A stretch of 64,000 bases of DNA from Lama glama (Eukaryota), in assembly GCA_028534125.1 (NCBI GenBank), contig CM052817.1, positions 41,418,001-41,482,000 of the forward strand. Reading direction: 5' to 3'. Below the pieces are notes generated by a model that was given only the letters and a program-made list of their open reading frames with translations, was not told the origin of the DNA and did not search any database. Both the position numbers and the translations under genes were made by a program. This document shows positions 12,130 through 24,757 of the stretch, piece after piece. Position 1 is the first letter of the stretch. Every line of letters begins with the position of its first letter.

Positions 12130-12569
12130 GTGAGTTAGAGGCCATCTTCACCATTGGAACATTGTGTGACTAAGAATAAATGACATAAAAAGATGGTACA
12201 CAGAGATCTTACTCTTTTACCTGAAATGCTTCGCTCCGGTCCTCTGAAATCCTTACAGATGAGGCTAATTCCCTTCACAGCGAAGGCATATGTTGCCTGG
12301 AACCTGCCCAAGCCGTTTGAGCCCATATTGTCTTGCTTCCTCTAAGCTATTATCCTAACAATTATCCCCTTTTTCTGTGTTTTCATTTTCTCGGTATTCA
12401 CTGGTTCATTATTCTGGGCTTACAAATGCTCTCACGTTTTCGCTATTCTGAAAACCCATCGCATGAACCATGGTACCGTCTTGAAGTACTATCAGTGTCT
12501 GCTCTTCCCAGGGTCCTTTGTAATCCGGTTTCTAACCTAATTCTTCTGTGAAAGGCTAAATTCAGTATT

Positions 12570-13600
12570 TTCCCCTCTGATCTCATTTACTTTGATATGC
12601 CTGTGGGATGAGCTGCAGCCTGCTCACCTTCTGAAAATCTCATCTTCACGGCTTCTATGATACTTCTCTTGGATCTCTTACTGTACGACTGTTCCTTCTC
12701 CATCTTTGTTATTGGCAGCTCCTCCCCGTCTTCTCCTATAGGTCATATCCACAGGTACCATCTAAATGTACACACATAAGGATAGAGGCATTCCTTACTT
12801 TTCTCCCTTAGTGATCGCATCTACTAGTGGGACTTCAGTTCTTACCACTTGCCTTGACCTTCTTTGCTACCGTCTGCTAGAGATTTCCACTTTGATGACC
12901 ACGGGCACCTCAAACTCAACAGATACAAATCCAGACTCAATACTTTCTCCATAAAGCGTGCTTTTTCTCTTGACTGTGGTCAGTGTCACAGTGCCTAGCC
13001 CGTAGATGGTGCTCTATTCATTTTTAATGAATGAATGAGTTCATAGTACTGCCATCCTCTAAGCCTGCCAAGATCAAAACATTGGAACCTTTTTTGACTC
13101 TCCTCTTGTGTGCGCCCATTTAATTACCACATTTGGAGATTCTGCCCCTGCAGTATTCCTTCCACCATTCTTGCCTTTTACTTTTAATCCTTCCACATCC
13201 TCTCTCTGACAAACACAATAGCTTCTTCTTACCATCTCTCTAGTTTTTCTCTCAAACTTCACATGGATCTAAACACCCTTCTTCCCCTATTGCCAATCTC
13301 CTGGGCACTTTTATCTACTTCTTCGGCTTTACCTTCTACTTTTGTATCGATGATTGCTAAATATTTTTAGCTTCTCCCCTTTGATTTTCTTGTCCCTTGT
13401 TTCTTACTGCCTACTGAACTTCTTGGCTTTAATGGCTCCAGAGCTTCCTCAAACTGTCCAAAGTTAAACTCACTGTCATATCCCTCAAATCTGCTCCTTG
13501 TTTTGGTTAATGACATCATCTCTTACCCAGTTGCCATAATGGAAAATTCCAAATCTTTATTCTTTTTCTTAAGATCACTCAAATTCCATCAGCTACAATC
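12570..13600 (+). mobile_element. L2 LINE fragments
   Basis: Pyrimidine-rich L2-like sequence, cacctcaaactcaaca motif, and an L2 3' end cagtgcctagc...tgaatgaatga at ~12990-13040. Confidence 0.6.
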
Positions 13601-14709
13601 TCCAGACCTACACCTATAAAATTACATTTCCTTGTGTTTACCTGCTTATCTGCTACCATAGCACCCAAAAGAAGCTGAATGGAATGCCAGTATGTTTGGA
13701 AGTGAAAATATGGAATATGTAGCATTTATAAAACTTGCTGTAAATATTTCTGTGGGGCACTTCAAAAAGACCGTCAGCCTCAGGAGTAGCTGAAATTTTG
13801 GTACAATAAGAAGCTCATATGACTGCTTCACAAGAGAAAATTACTCCCCAAATTAAGATGCTGTGGTCAGAGAAAACAAGCAGTAGTTTCAAAATGGAGC
13901 CCCAGGTCAACAGTCACAAGGTCAGATGGACAGAAGCTTTTAATTGTGGCATCTATGTGAAACTGAGTTGTTTCTCATAAGGACAACTCTTTGTGGTTGC
14001 TTCAGGGAGGAGCAGCAGGGATTTATATACTCAGTGATGGTTAATTATTTTTTGAAAGAAATTTGGCGAGGCAAAGTTAAGAGTAACACCAGATGCATCA
14101 GTTTCATGCCAACTTAGAAAACTGTCTCTAGAAGCCTCTGTAATTCATTTGACTTTGGGCTAACCTGCCCATATTATGAAAAAGAATCTATTCTACTTTC
14201 CATGATTTATTGAAGGCAAGGAAATAGCGGAGTTGCTTATAGCCATGGCTTTTATCAGATCCCCTATGATAATGTTTTTCTCTTCTGGCCACCATGGAGA
14301 TGGTCCATTTTTTCTTGAGTTCAGCGTTAGAATAGAGTTGGGACTCTTTCTGACCTTTACCTTGTCCTCATCCCCTCTTAACTTGGATTGGTGTGATAGC
14401 CTCTTACTTTGTCTTTCTTCCTCGAAGCTTTTTACACTCCATTGCGTATTTATTAGAAAACAATTAATTATTTTTCTAAAGGACAAATTTGACCACATGA
14501 CTTGAAAAAAACTTGACCTACACTAAATTTAGACACCATAAATGGCATATGAAGTTTTTCAGTATCTTTTTTCCAGTATTGTAATTTTTCAGCTTCATTT
14601 TTCATCACTCTCCTTTACCACACATCATGCATTTCAGCCTGTTCCCTGAAATATGCTATCAACTTTCTTGTACTCACTCTTGGTACATACTTGTTTGTTT
14701 GTTTGTTTA

Positions 14710-16125
14710 TTTTAATAGACTTTCTTTTTTAGAGTAGTTTTAGGTTTACAGAAAAATTGGATGAAAAGTACAGAGAGTTTCCCTAGTCTCCCCTCCCCTC
14801 CCCTGTTCTCAGCATCTTGCATCAGTGTGGTACATTTGTTACAGCTGAGGAGCCAATGTTGAAAAATTAACTGAAACCATTAGAGATTGCTCTTTTTGTT
14901 GCTCAGTTCTGTGGGCTTGGACAAATATATAATGACATATATCCGCCATAGCAGTATCGCATAGAATAGCTTCACTGCCCTGAAATTCCTCTGTACTCCA
15001 CCTATTCATTTTTTTCTCACTCTCCCCAGTCTCCTGGAAACTACTGATCTTATGTCTCCAGTTTTGTCTTTTCCAGAATGTCACATAAATGGAATCATAC
15101 AGTATGTAAGCTTTTCAGATTGTCTTCCTGCACTTAACAGTATGCATTTAAAGTTCCTCCATGTCTTTTCGGGGCTTGATAGTCATTGCTTTTCATCACT
15201 GAATAATATTCCATTGTCTGGATGTACCACAGTTTGTTTAGCCATTTGTCTATTGAAAGACATCTTGGTTGCTTCTAAGTTTTGACAATTATGAATAAAA
15301 CTTTTGTAAACATCCAAATTCAGGTTTTGGTGTTGGACAAATATTTTCTTATCAGTTGGATAAATACTGAGGAGCATGGTATCTCATTGCTGTTTTAATT
15401 TGAGAATCTCTAAAGACGTTTAATATTGAGAATTTTTCATATCTTTATATGCCATGTGTGTATCTTCTTTGGTGAGGTGTCTGTTTAGATCTTTTTCAGC
15501 TGGGTTGTTCATTTTCTTAATGTTGAATGTTAAGAGTTTCTTACATATTTTGGATAATAGTCCTTTATGAGATAGGTGTTTTGCAAATTCTTTCTCTCAG
15601 TCTGTGGCTTGTTGTTTTATTTTCTTAACAGTGTCTTTTGCAGAGCAAAAGTTTTTATTTAATGAAGTCCAGCTTATCAGTTTTTCCCTTCATGGATTGT
15701 GCTTTTGGTGTTTTATCTAAAAAGTTATCATCAAACTCAAGGTCACTTAGATTTTTTTTCCAGTATTGTCTACTAGCAGTCCAATAGTTTGTGTTTTACA
15801 CTTAGGTCTTTGATCTGTTCTGATCTAATTTTTGTGAAAGATGTAAGTTCTGTGTCTAGATTTTTTTTTTTTGGCATATGGATTTCCAGTTGCTCCAATA
15901 CAATTTGTTGAAAAGATTATCTTTCCCCATTGATTTAATCTTTGCTCCTTTGTCATAGATCAGTTGACAAAATTTTCGTGGGTCTATTTCTGGGTTCTCT
16001 ATGCTATACCATTGAGTTAGTTGTCTATTTTTTCACCAACACCAAACTGTCTTAATTATTGCAGCTTTATAGTAAGTATTGAAGTCTGGTAGTATCAGCA
16101 CTCTAACTTTGTTCTCCTGCAACAC
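14710..16125 (-). mobile_element. L1MC-like LINE-1 3' fragment
   Basis: tttagagtagttttaggtttacagaaaaattg 3' end, followed by antisense L1 3'UTR/ORF2 sequence. The minus-strand ORF track gives L1-like remnants (15183-15377). Confidence 0.85.
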
Positions 16126-17454
16126 CCTGCTGGCTTAGGGCAGATTTTTTTGATCAGTAAGTTATTCTACTAGAATGAGTTATTTCATTAGGTAAATAAT
16201 TTTAACAGTAATAATAATAGTAATATTTAATATTTATTAAACACATACTACATGTCAGGTGCTACGCTAAGTTCTTATCATGGTTTATCTCATTGAACCC
16301 TCTAACAACTTTAAATGATATGCCACATTATTTTGTTTCTCTGTCAATCTGTGTGTCTACTTTTTCTATTATTCATGCTCACACTTAATATCGTGGCCAA
16401 GGGCATAGAAATACTAAGTGAAGGTACTTGGATTGGGACGCTGGCTCTCTACCTTAGCCAGCACTATACCGTCTCCTGTATTTACAGATATATATATATA
16501 TCAGAATCCAGATGGGTAGAGAGAAAAATAGATACTGTCTTGATCAGAGCCAAGATTCTGGTTTCAAACTACTTTAGGGCTAGAGGAAAAACAGACAACA
16601 AAGCCGGATTCCTCCCACACCGGCTGTCGGGCGTTAATTGGCCTGCAAGTCAGCTTTGCTTTTCCTGTGTCTTTTCTAGTTACCTCTTGTAAATGACAAT
16701 TCTTAAATCTTGATTAAATTAATGTGATAATAATTTATAATTTTATATAGTATTGCTCTCTTTTGCTAAATGCCTCTACTCATCATATTCCTTGCCCCTT
16801 ACCCTAGTTGCAGAATACCTTCTTCACAGTGAACCATGATTTTTTTGTTGCCTTTAAAGAAAATTAAGTAGGCCTTTTTGGCTTAAGGGTGTAAGTGAAA
16901 TATGTGTAAATAGAGGCTACATGAGGGAATTACAGACGAGGAGTCTGTGCAGCCCTGGATCCAAGGCTGGGGTGTTCATGACGCCTTCTGGTCTCCATCT
17001 TTTGGCAGGGCTTCCCTTAACTGGGAGGGTTTTCCAGGTTGTTTGTTCCAGAATGGCTTTTTCGTCTCTTAAAGAAAGCTATAATTCACAGTAAGGACAC
17101 CCCCTCCCCTCACAATAATTTTTCTCTTTAAAAACCTCTTGCTACTAGACTTCTCCACTCAGTAATGATGTCCTCTGGGCTTTTCCTCACACCAAGCCAC
17201 CAGTCCTGTACTGTAAGGTACTTGGTGCCTACTACATGCCAGACAGTGCACAGAATGCCTTACAAATATGCTCTTGATGATAAATCTGTGTGATGGACAT
17301 AGTTATATCCACTTTCTAGATTTGAAAACCTCAGATTCTAAGTAATTTATAGAGGATTATGCAGCTGGGAAGGGGGAGATGGTTTTCCTACCCTGCCTGG
17401 CTGGACTCCATTGCTTATGTTAAATTCTGATCTTTGTCTCCATGCTCATTTCTT

Positions 17455-17634
17455 TTTTTTTTTCCCCCTTCTTTAATTGAAGTACAGTCAGTTTACAATG
17501 TTATGTCAATTTCTGGTGTACAGTGTAAAGTTTCAGTCATACATATACCTACATATATTCCTTTTCATATTCTTTTTCATTATAGGTTACTACAAGCCAT
17601 TGAATTTACCTGTGCTATACAGAAGAAACTCATT
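17455..17634 (-). mobile_element. Young 5'-truncated L1 3' tail with 16-bp TSD
   Basis: T-rich tail then ttgaagtacagtcagtttacaatg... TSD tccatgctcatttctt at 17439-17454 and 17635-17650. Confidence 0.9.
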
Positions 17635-17664
17635 TCCATGCTCATTTCTTATTATTTCATTTTA

Positions 17665-18050
17665 CTTCAAAAACAAACAAAGAAACAAACTCACTGAAAA
17701 AGAAATCAGATTTGAGGTTATCAGGCAGAGGGGGTGGGAATTGGATGTAGGCAGGCAAAAAGTACAAACATCCAGTTATAAGATAAATAAATAGACATAT
17801 AATGTGCAACAGGGTAAAGAAAATGAACACTGCTGTATGTTATTTATGAAAGCTGTTAATAGTGTAAATCCTAAGATTTCTCATCACAAGGAAAAATTTT
17901 TTTCTATTTCTTTAATTGTGTATCACGACGAGATGATGGATGAATGTTAAGTAAACTTCTTGTGGTCATTGTTTCATGATGTATGTAAGTCATGTCATTA
18001 TGCTGTCCACCTTAAATTTACACAGTGCTATATGTCAAGTATATGAAAAA
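17665..18050 (+). mobile_element. Older L1 (L1MA-like) 3' UTR fragment
   Basis: gtacaaacatccagttataagataaataa...tctcatcacaagg...ttatgctgtccaccttaaatttacacagtgctatatgtcaa, A tail. Confidence 0.8.
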
Positions 18051-20663
18051 AATCCTGATCTTATCACCAAGCTCATTTCTTATTATCATACATGTCCTTT
18101 GATTGTAAGAATGATTCTAATAACCTATAGTTGCTAGGTTGATAGAGCAACACCCTGTGGTTTGCTTCTGCTTGTGACTAGCAATACATATTTGAGAAAT
18201 AGCTTGTTCATCTTAGTGACTGATACAAACAGGAAACAAAGTGGATCCAATTAGGTTTTATGAAACCAGACACTTGAAACGTTGGCTTGAAGGACACCAA
18301 AATTGAAATGGTTAAACTAACTAAGAAATCAGACTTAGTATTGAGCCATTCAGTGATTTACTTACATATCTTGAATTAGTGACTTGAAAGATGAGTTAGT
18401 TACTCTCATTTCACCCCTCTTTGGAATTCTAAATAGCTCAAGAGATTTATACAGCTTCCAAACGGACTTCACTAAAACCAGAGAAGAGTTGGTGTTTGGG
18501 GAGAATTTAACGTCTTCTGCCTTATTGTGTTTCAGGTTTGTAAAATTATTGGGTTGGTACAGAATGTTTTGACTACCATATATAGAGCAAAAATGATTCT
18601 AAGCCTTTTCATATTTAGATTGCTAGAATGATTTTCTGTGTCAAATTTGACTGCAAATTCATGGATCTATGCCCTTGATATAGTACACAGCATTTAGTTA
18701 GGTCTTTGTAAGCAATTGCTCTATGAATAAAGATTAAGTTGTTAGTTTAATATTAGATTTAAAAGTTTTTGTGCTTACTTTTGTTCTTTATAAGGCAATT
18801 TCTTTTCCTATGCCCATTCCTCTCCCTTTATCTTGCCTTGGCTTAGGAATGCTTGTCCATGAACTAAAAAAGTGCGTCTACACAATGTCTCAGTGCTGCA
18901 GGTTAGAAACTTGTGCACACATTAATTGAAGATACCTTTGGGGGTACCCTTCTCTTGCCTGTCGTTCAGAATCTCATTGAAGTTTATTCTCAGTTCCCAA
19001 TCGAATGTCTTCTGAATTGCTTGATCAGGTTACCAGGGTGTCCAGGGCCACTTCTTTGAATTTCTTCTCCTTAACCTTTTTATATATTCCTAATATATAA
19101 GGGTAATAAATGGTGCCAAGGCAACAAAAACTTAAAGGTTAAACCTGCCACATCTCTGTGACATATTAAGGCGATTCTCTGAGGCTAATGTTTATTAATG
19201 ACTACTTTGAACCTGCATTCTATGAAGAATGTCTGGGTATTGCAAGATTACTTTTATAAGTACATTTATTTTCTGTTTGTACCATCCATCTTAGGCTACC
19301 TGGATTGGCTATTTGGTTGCATCCGTTTGATACTTAGAGGCTGTTTTGTGTCTTTGTCTTTGTTGTAGAGGTCACAGTGATGATTCCAGTAGAGCTAGTG
19401 AGATCAGTCTGAGCATTTCATGTCTCTCTGAGTTTTAAATTTGGAGAGAGAGAGGAGCAAGGATTTGTGGGATTTATAACTTCAAAGTTTCATTCATCTC
19501 TTCAGATATTAGAGAACGAGTGATAATTCAAACTTAGTTTATAAGTTTCTTGGGTTATGGCTCTCAAAAATTGCATATGCAAAGGTATGAAATTTAAATA
19601 GCTAGCCTAAAAAGTCTTAAACTTGATAATAATTAATCAAAGCAGTATTCTCCAAACTTCACCCATGCAAGTTCTTCTTTTTGATTTTGCTCATATGTGC
19701 TTATTATCTGCAGATTATGTTTTTATTTTCACTGAATTGACTCAGTAAACTTAAATACCTAACTGAGCATCAAAATTTTGTGACGCCAATTTTTTATATT
19801 TCTAATGAATGTTGAAATACATAACTATTGAACTAAGAAATGTTTCTGAATCTACTGAAATGATGCCTCATACTCCCTGATCTAGACATCACACCCTGAG
19901 ACTCTGGATTAGTGACTACTTTGGAATGTCTACTGAGGATTTTCTTTATGGGAAAATAATCGAGGCTTGCCCCTTAGGTTGTTATTTTTTGGACAGTCTT
20001 GGCTTTAGGATATGAAGTAAAGGATGTAGAAGAATCCCCATACCTCTATTATACCTTCTAGTAACTGCCATCCAGAAGTGAGCATTGTCAGAAAAGCCAA
20101 ACGTAATAGGCTCATAGGGCAGGAGAAACGTGCTAATCAAGCAATACCACCTCTGCCTCTTCCTCCTGAGGAATGCAGATGTGTTATTTTCTAAATCAGG
20201 GGACGGTTTCTTAGTGTAGCCGCACAGGGAACTGTGAGAGTTGTGACATTAACAGGCCTCTGATGCCGTAGCTGCGCGTTGGCGTTTTATCTTTGCCATG
20301 CTGACATCCGCATCGCAGTTTTGTTGTGATGCTTTTGACAGCTGTCCAGAGAGAATAACCAAACAGAACAGCAGGTAATGCAGGCTGTTTGTGCAAAATG
20401 CTTAGGTGTGATGTTTGTGCCAGCAAAGGGACAGGGAAGAATGAAACCAAGTGCCAACTTGTCCTCACGGAGGGACAAAGGAAATCCATCCCATAGCTTT
20501 CCTTCAGGAAGTGTGGGGAATGTATTGCTTATTGAACAGCGATGCCTCCTGTGTTTCTATTTATGAAACAGAGTGGCATGAGAGGAGCGGTAGGGGCCAT
20601 TGGGAAGTGCAGCTCCATGACATAATTCACAATTCTGTGCCCTCTTTCAGGTCCTTGAGCAAA

Positions 20664-21124
20664 ATGGGAAATGGTTCAGTGAAACCCAAACATTCCAAGA
20701 ACCCAGATGGCCAGTCTGGGAACCTCACTGCCAGTGCCCTCCGGAGCAAGGTGACAGAGCTGGAGAGAGAGCTGAGGAGGAAGGATGCTGAGATCCAGGA
20801 ACGGGAGTACCATCTGAAGGAGCTGCGGGAGCAGCTGTCCAAGCAGACTGTGGCCATCGCAGAGCTCACGGAGGAGCTCCAGAGCAAGTGCATCCAGCTG
20901 AACAAGCTTCAGGATGTGGTGCACATGCAGGGAGGAAGCCCGTGTCAGGCCTCTCCAGATAAAGTGCCCCTGGAGGTCCACCGCAAGGCCTCGGGATTGG
21001 TCTCCCTCCACAGCCGAAGGGGAGCGAAGGCTGGAGTGTCCGCTGAGCCAACCACCCGAACCTATGACCTCAACAAACCGCCTGAATTTTCCTTTGAGAA
21101 AGCAAGAGTCAGAAAGGACTCCAG
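20664..21124 (+). CDS. PRKG2: PRKG2 first coding exon: Gly2 myristoylation signal, leucine zipper, autoinhibitory region (aa 1-154)
   Basis: Acceptor ctttcag| at 20650/20651, ATG 20664 in AAAATGG context, MGNGSVKPKHSK...RRGAKAGVSAEP...RVRKDS, donor AG|GTAAGA. 461 coding nt. Confidence 0.97.
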
Positions 21125-21564
21125 GTAAGAAGGTCCCGCACCCTTTTGACTTAGATGGCCTTAATCTAATGAGACGTTAGAGTGCTATTAATTGAGCCCC
21201 CTCAGTGGAAAAGAGCATATTAACCCTTTCGGATTTCAGAGTAGTGGGCTTTTGGAATGGTTTTGTTTTGCAGCAGGGTCTCCCTTTAAGCAGAACTTCT
21301 TTTTAAAGCAGGGTTTGTGCTTCTCCTGGACTTTGATGTGTGATTTGCATAACTGAGGAACTGAGTTTATGAAAGTCATTTCCATGATTTTGAAAACTGT
21401 AGGGGAGGGAAGAGGTAGTTTCAGAAAGTCCGCTCTTCTCTCATCCTGTAGAAGTGGTCTTAACGGTGTACACAAATCACGATCAATTATGAACATAGCA
21501 GAACCCACTTCTTAGCACTGCAAGTGTCGTGAAAAAGGGACAAGACTGAACCTCCAAGGGGGAT

Positions 21565-21910
21565 GAATTCATTCATTCATCCCACGGTTTTAGTTGAGCA
21601 CTGCCCTCTGCCAGCCACTGTCTCAGATGCTAAGTATAAATCAGTGAATGAATAGACACAGAGCCTTTCTTGTGAGGAGATAGTATACACGGAAACAAGT
21701 AAACATTGTGTAATTATCAATTAAGATAAAAGATATGATGAACCCAACAGTATAATGAGTGGTGTCTGGGATTAGGGGGAGAGAAGGGGATGGAGACAAC
21801 GGAACTGGGTTTGTCACGGAAGCCTGGCTGAGGAGGTGAACTTTAACTGAGACCCAAAGGAGCAAGGGGAGCATAGACTAGGTGGAAAGAGTATTTCGGG
21901 AAGAGGTAAC
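21565..21910 (-). mobile_element. L2 3' fragment
   Basis: attcattcattcat...ttgagcactgccctctgccagccactgt antisense L2 end. Confidence 0.7.
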
Positions 21911-23379
21911 AATTAAAAGCCAGAAATAATTAAAAAAATAAGGAGTTTTAAAAAGACATGTAAATATTTACCACAACATTCTTGTGCGGGCATGTGTTTA
22001 TGTGTGTGTGTGTGTGTTTGTATATGTGTATGTTTCTTTTCTGGCCAAAATTTTCATTTCCTAATCAGGAAAGATTAACTGGAAACATCATGAGTTAGGG
22101 TTTTTTTCTGTTCTCTTTTTAAATGACTGAGTATTTCTTAGTTGCAGTTAGATCTTTTGCCTTGATAATGTCTTGGCTGAGCCTGAATCTCTCTTGCAAA
22201 CTGCAAGATTAGTAAAATTAAAGCAACTTTTAATTTATTCACTGACACAAGTAACATAAATCAAGATAAAATATCTGACTTAAATAAATGATTAATTTTG
22301 ACAACAGGATTGTAGAGGGAGGGTTAATTCATCAATTTGTTGACAGTGCTTGGCATGTAGCAAATGATCAGTAAATATTTGTTAAGGAAACAAATCATGC
22401 TGGATTATTAATCATAATACTCTGTGGCTGAAAGAATCTGACTAATATTAGAGCTCAGAAGACTTTTCTAAGCCGAGAGTTTTGTTACTAGTTGATTTAG
22501 AAAGATCTTATCTATTCTCATTGTGTAAATAATAATTATTTGTTTTCAGTGGTATGAATTTAGAAATTATAAATGTTGCTTACAAACTTATGCTTGTTTT
22601 TCAAAAATTAAACATCATAGTGTTCTTTTTTGATGTGTAAGAGATATACACACGTATGGTAATACTATATATTACACATTATATTACTATATGTGCATAT
22701 ATAAGCATAATGTATTATTTACCCACAAAAAGTCTCAAGTAGTAATGTGTTTGCATATCTAGGAGACGTGTGAGAGAATGTAATAGCAATTCATCTTCTT
22801 TAACTCTCTTCCTACATTTTCTACCAGACTTCTCCTCTTGAATGAAGATTATTTTTAATTATTTTATTCCAAAGATTTTTGTCCATCTTTAGGCAAAACA
22901 TCATTCTCCCAGCGTGAAGTAACAGAACAATCCAAGATAAGTACATTACTCTGTATTTTTAAAATTAGCTCTGTTATAACCCGGCAGAGAAAATCAGTAG
23001 CTGGGCACAGTTAGTTTTTGGGTCAAACCACCTGTCTGTCATGAGTGGGACACGGGAGGGGAAAGACATTATAGGCCCTGAATAAGGATTAGCAATGATT
23101 CCACTCATCCATCATAAAGTCAAGCCAAATGGGTACTGGTTTGTGCTGAGGACAAGATGAAGAAATGGGATAATGAGTCCTTAATGATTAAGTCCTAAAG
23201 AGGCCAAATTGGATCACTTATGTCCTCATATTCCTCTTAATGCTTTCATAAGCCTTTGGTTCTGAATTGAAAAATTAAGTAAAAATATGGGAACCACTCT
23301 TTTTTTTTCACATTCCAACATTTCTGTTATTGGGATGTTCTTTATAATTGAAGGCATGTCATAGCTTAATTGGAAGTGT

Positions 23380-23467
23380 TTTTTTTGTAAATTGAAGTAT
23401 AGTTGATTTACAATGTTGTGTTAGTTTCTGGTGTACAGCAAAGTGATTAAACTACATATATATATAT

Positions 23468-23522
<55 letters not shown>
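23380..23522 (-). repeat. Short L1 3' tail followed by compound (TA)n(CA)n microsatellite
   Basis: ttgaagtatagttgatttacaatgttgtgttagtttctggtgtacagcaaagtgatt, then TA/CA repeats at ~23455-23522. Confidence 0.85.
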
Positions 23523-23524
<2 letters not shown>

Positions 23525-24555
23525 ATGTCTCAGTTTTCCTTGAAGTTTCCCTTATAAAATGTCTTTCCCCTTAAGTCTGGAATAACTGGCTAAATGTAGA
23601 TAACTAACATCATCAGTTCAGAGATTTAAAATTTTCTGGTTCTTTGAACATGCTCAATATTACAATTCATTTACCATTTTCACATAGTTCCAGTTTTAGA
23701 GAAAAGGTGTAAGTAAAGTTAGAATGTTTTAATTCATCTTTTATACAGTCTTCATGAATTTTGTAAGAAACAAGTTTCTAGAAGTTAGAACTTTAGAAAA
23801 GATGAGGGCACCATTCACTGATAAAAGGATGCTGGACAGTATCCATTGATTTGGCTACTTTTCCAAGCAGTTCCTGTTAAATATTAGAGAATTTAAGTAT
23901 CAGTCAAAATGGCACCTTCATTTATTTCTAGGTTCTCATGATTTACTTGTTGAACTTTGTAAAATTTCCTGGCTGAATTTATGACTATATTTATTTCTAC
24001 TAACACATGTCAACTGCATTTTGGATAAGGCCTCCCCTCCACACTGCATCAGAAAGCCATTGAATGGCTTTTTAGACTTTTTGTCAAAAGGATATCTCAG
24101 GTGAGGACTTAACAGTGAGCAGGGAAGTGAGGAGAGACTCCCAGCTCCCCTGCAGTCAACAACCTTAGGAAGATATGAAGTACTGACTGAAAGCTGAGAA
24201 TAACATTTGAGGGGATGATAGATTTGGAATTTGAGGATTCAGATCCAGTGATTCACGAGAGACTCTAAGACCTATGCCACAGCTGTCTGTGAGTTCGCTA
24301 AGGTTTCTGTGCTCATATGTCTTGTAAATGGCAAGTGAACCTCTCAGACTGCCAGGCAGCCCGCTCATGCCGTCTTGGCTGTCTTGTACCCTGCAAGTGT
24401 ACCTGCAGGGTCTGAGAGGGTAGCTTAAATGGTATAGTTGCACCTCCCTGTTTTATATAGAGAAACTTATGCTCTAATGGCATCAGAGAACTCTTGAAAT
24501 TTGCCTCTTGCAAAATGCAAGGATCTACTTTCTAAGATCAGGCTTTAGAATAACT

Positions 24556-24757
24556 TAGTGCTGTCCAAGGGAACTTTCAGCAGTGATGGAAATGTTCTAT
24601 AATCTGTGTGGTCCAGTATTGTAGTTAATAGCAAAATGTGGCTGTTGAACTCTGGAAAGGTGGCTTGTGCCACTGAGGAATTGAATTTTTAATTTCAATT
24701 TGTTTTACAATTATATAGCCACATGTGTCCAATGACCACTCTATTGGATATTGCAGT
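24556..24757. mobile_element. MER3-like hAT-Charlie element
   Basis: gtgctgtccaa..gaactttc...gtgatggaaatgttctata...tagccacatgtg...tattgga...gcag. Confidence 0.75.

Noticed and set aside
20451..21128. 225-aa ORF as a stand-alone gene
   Set aside because: It is the first PRKG2 coding exon plus intronic read-through. It starts at GTG, and the stop lies inside the donor GTAAGA.
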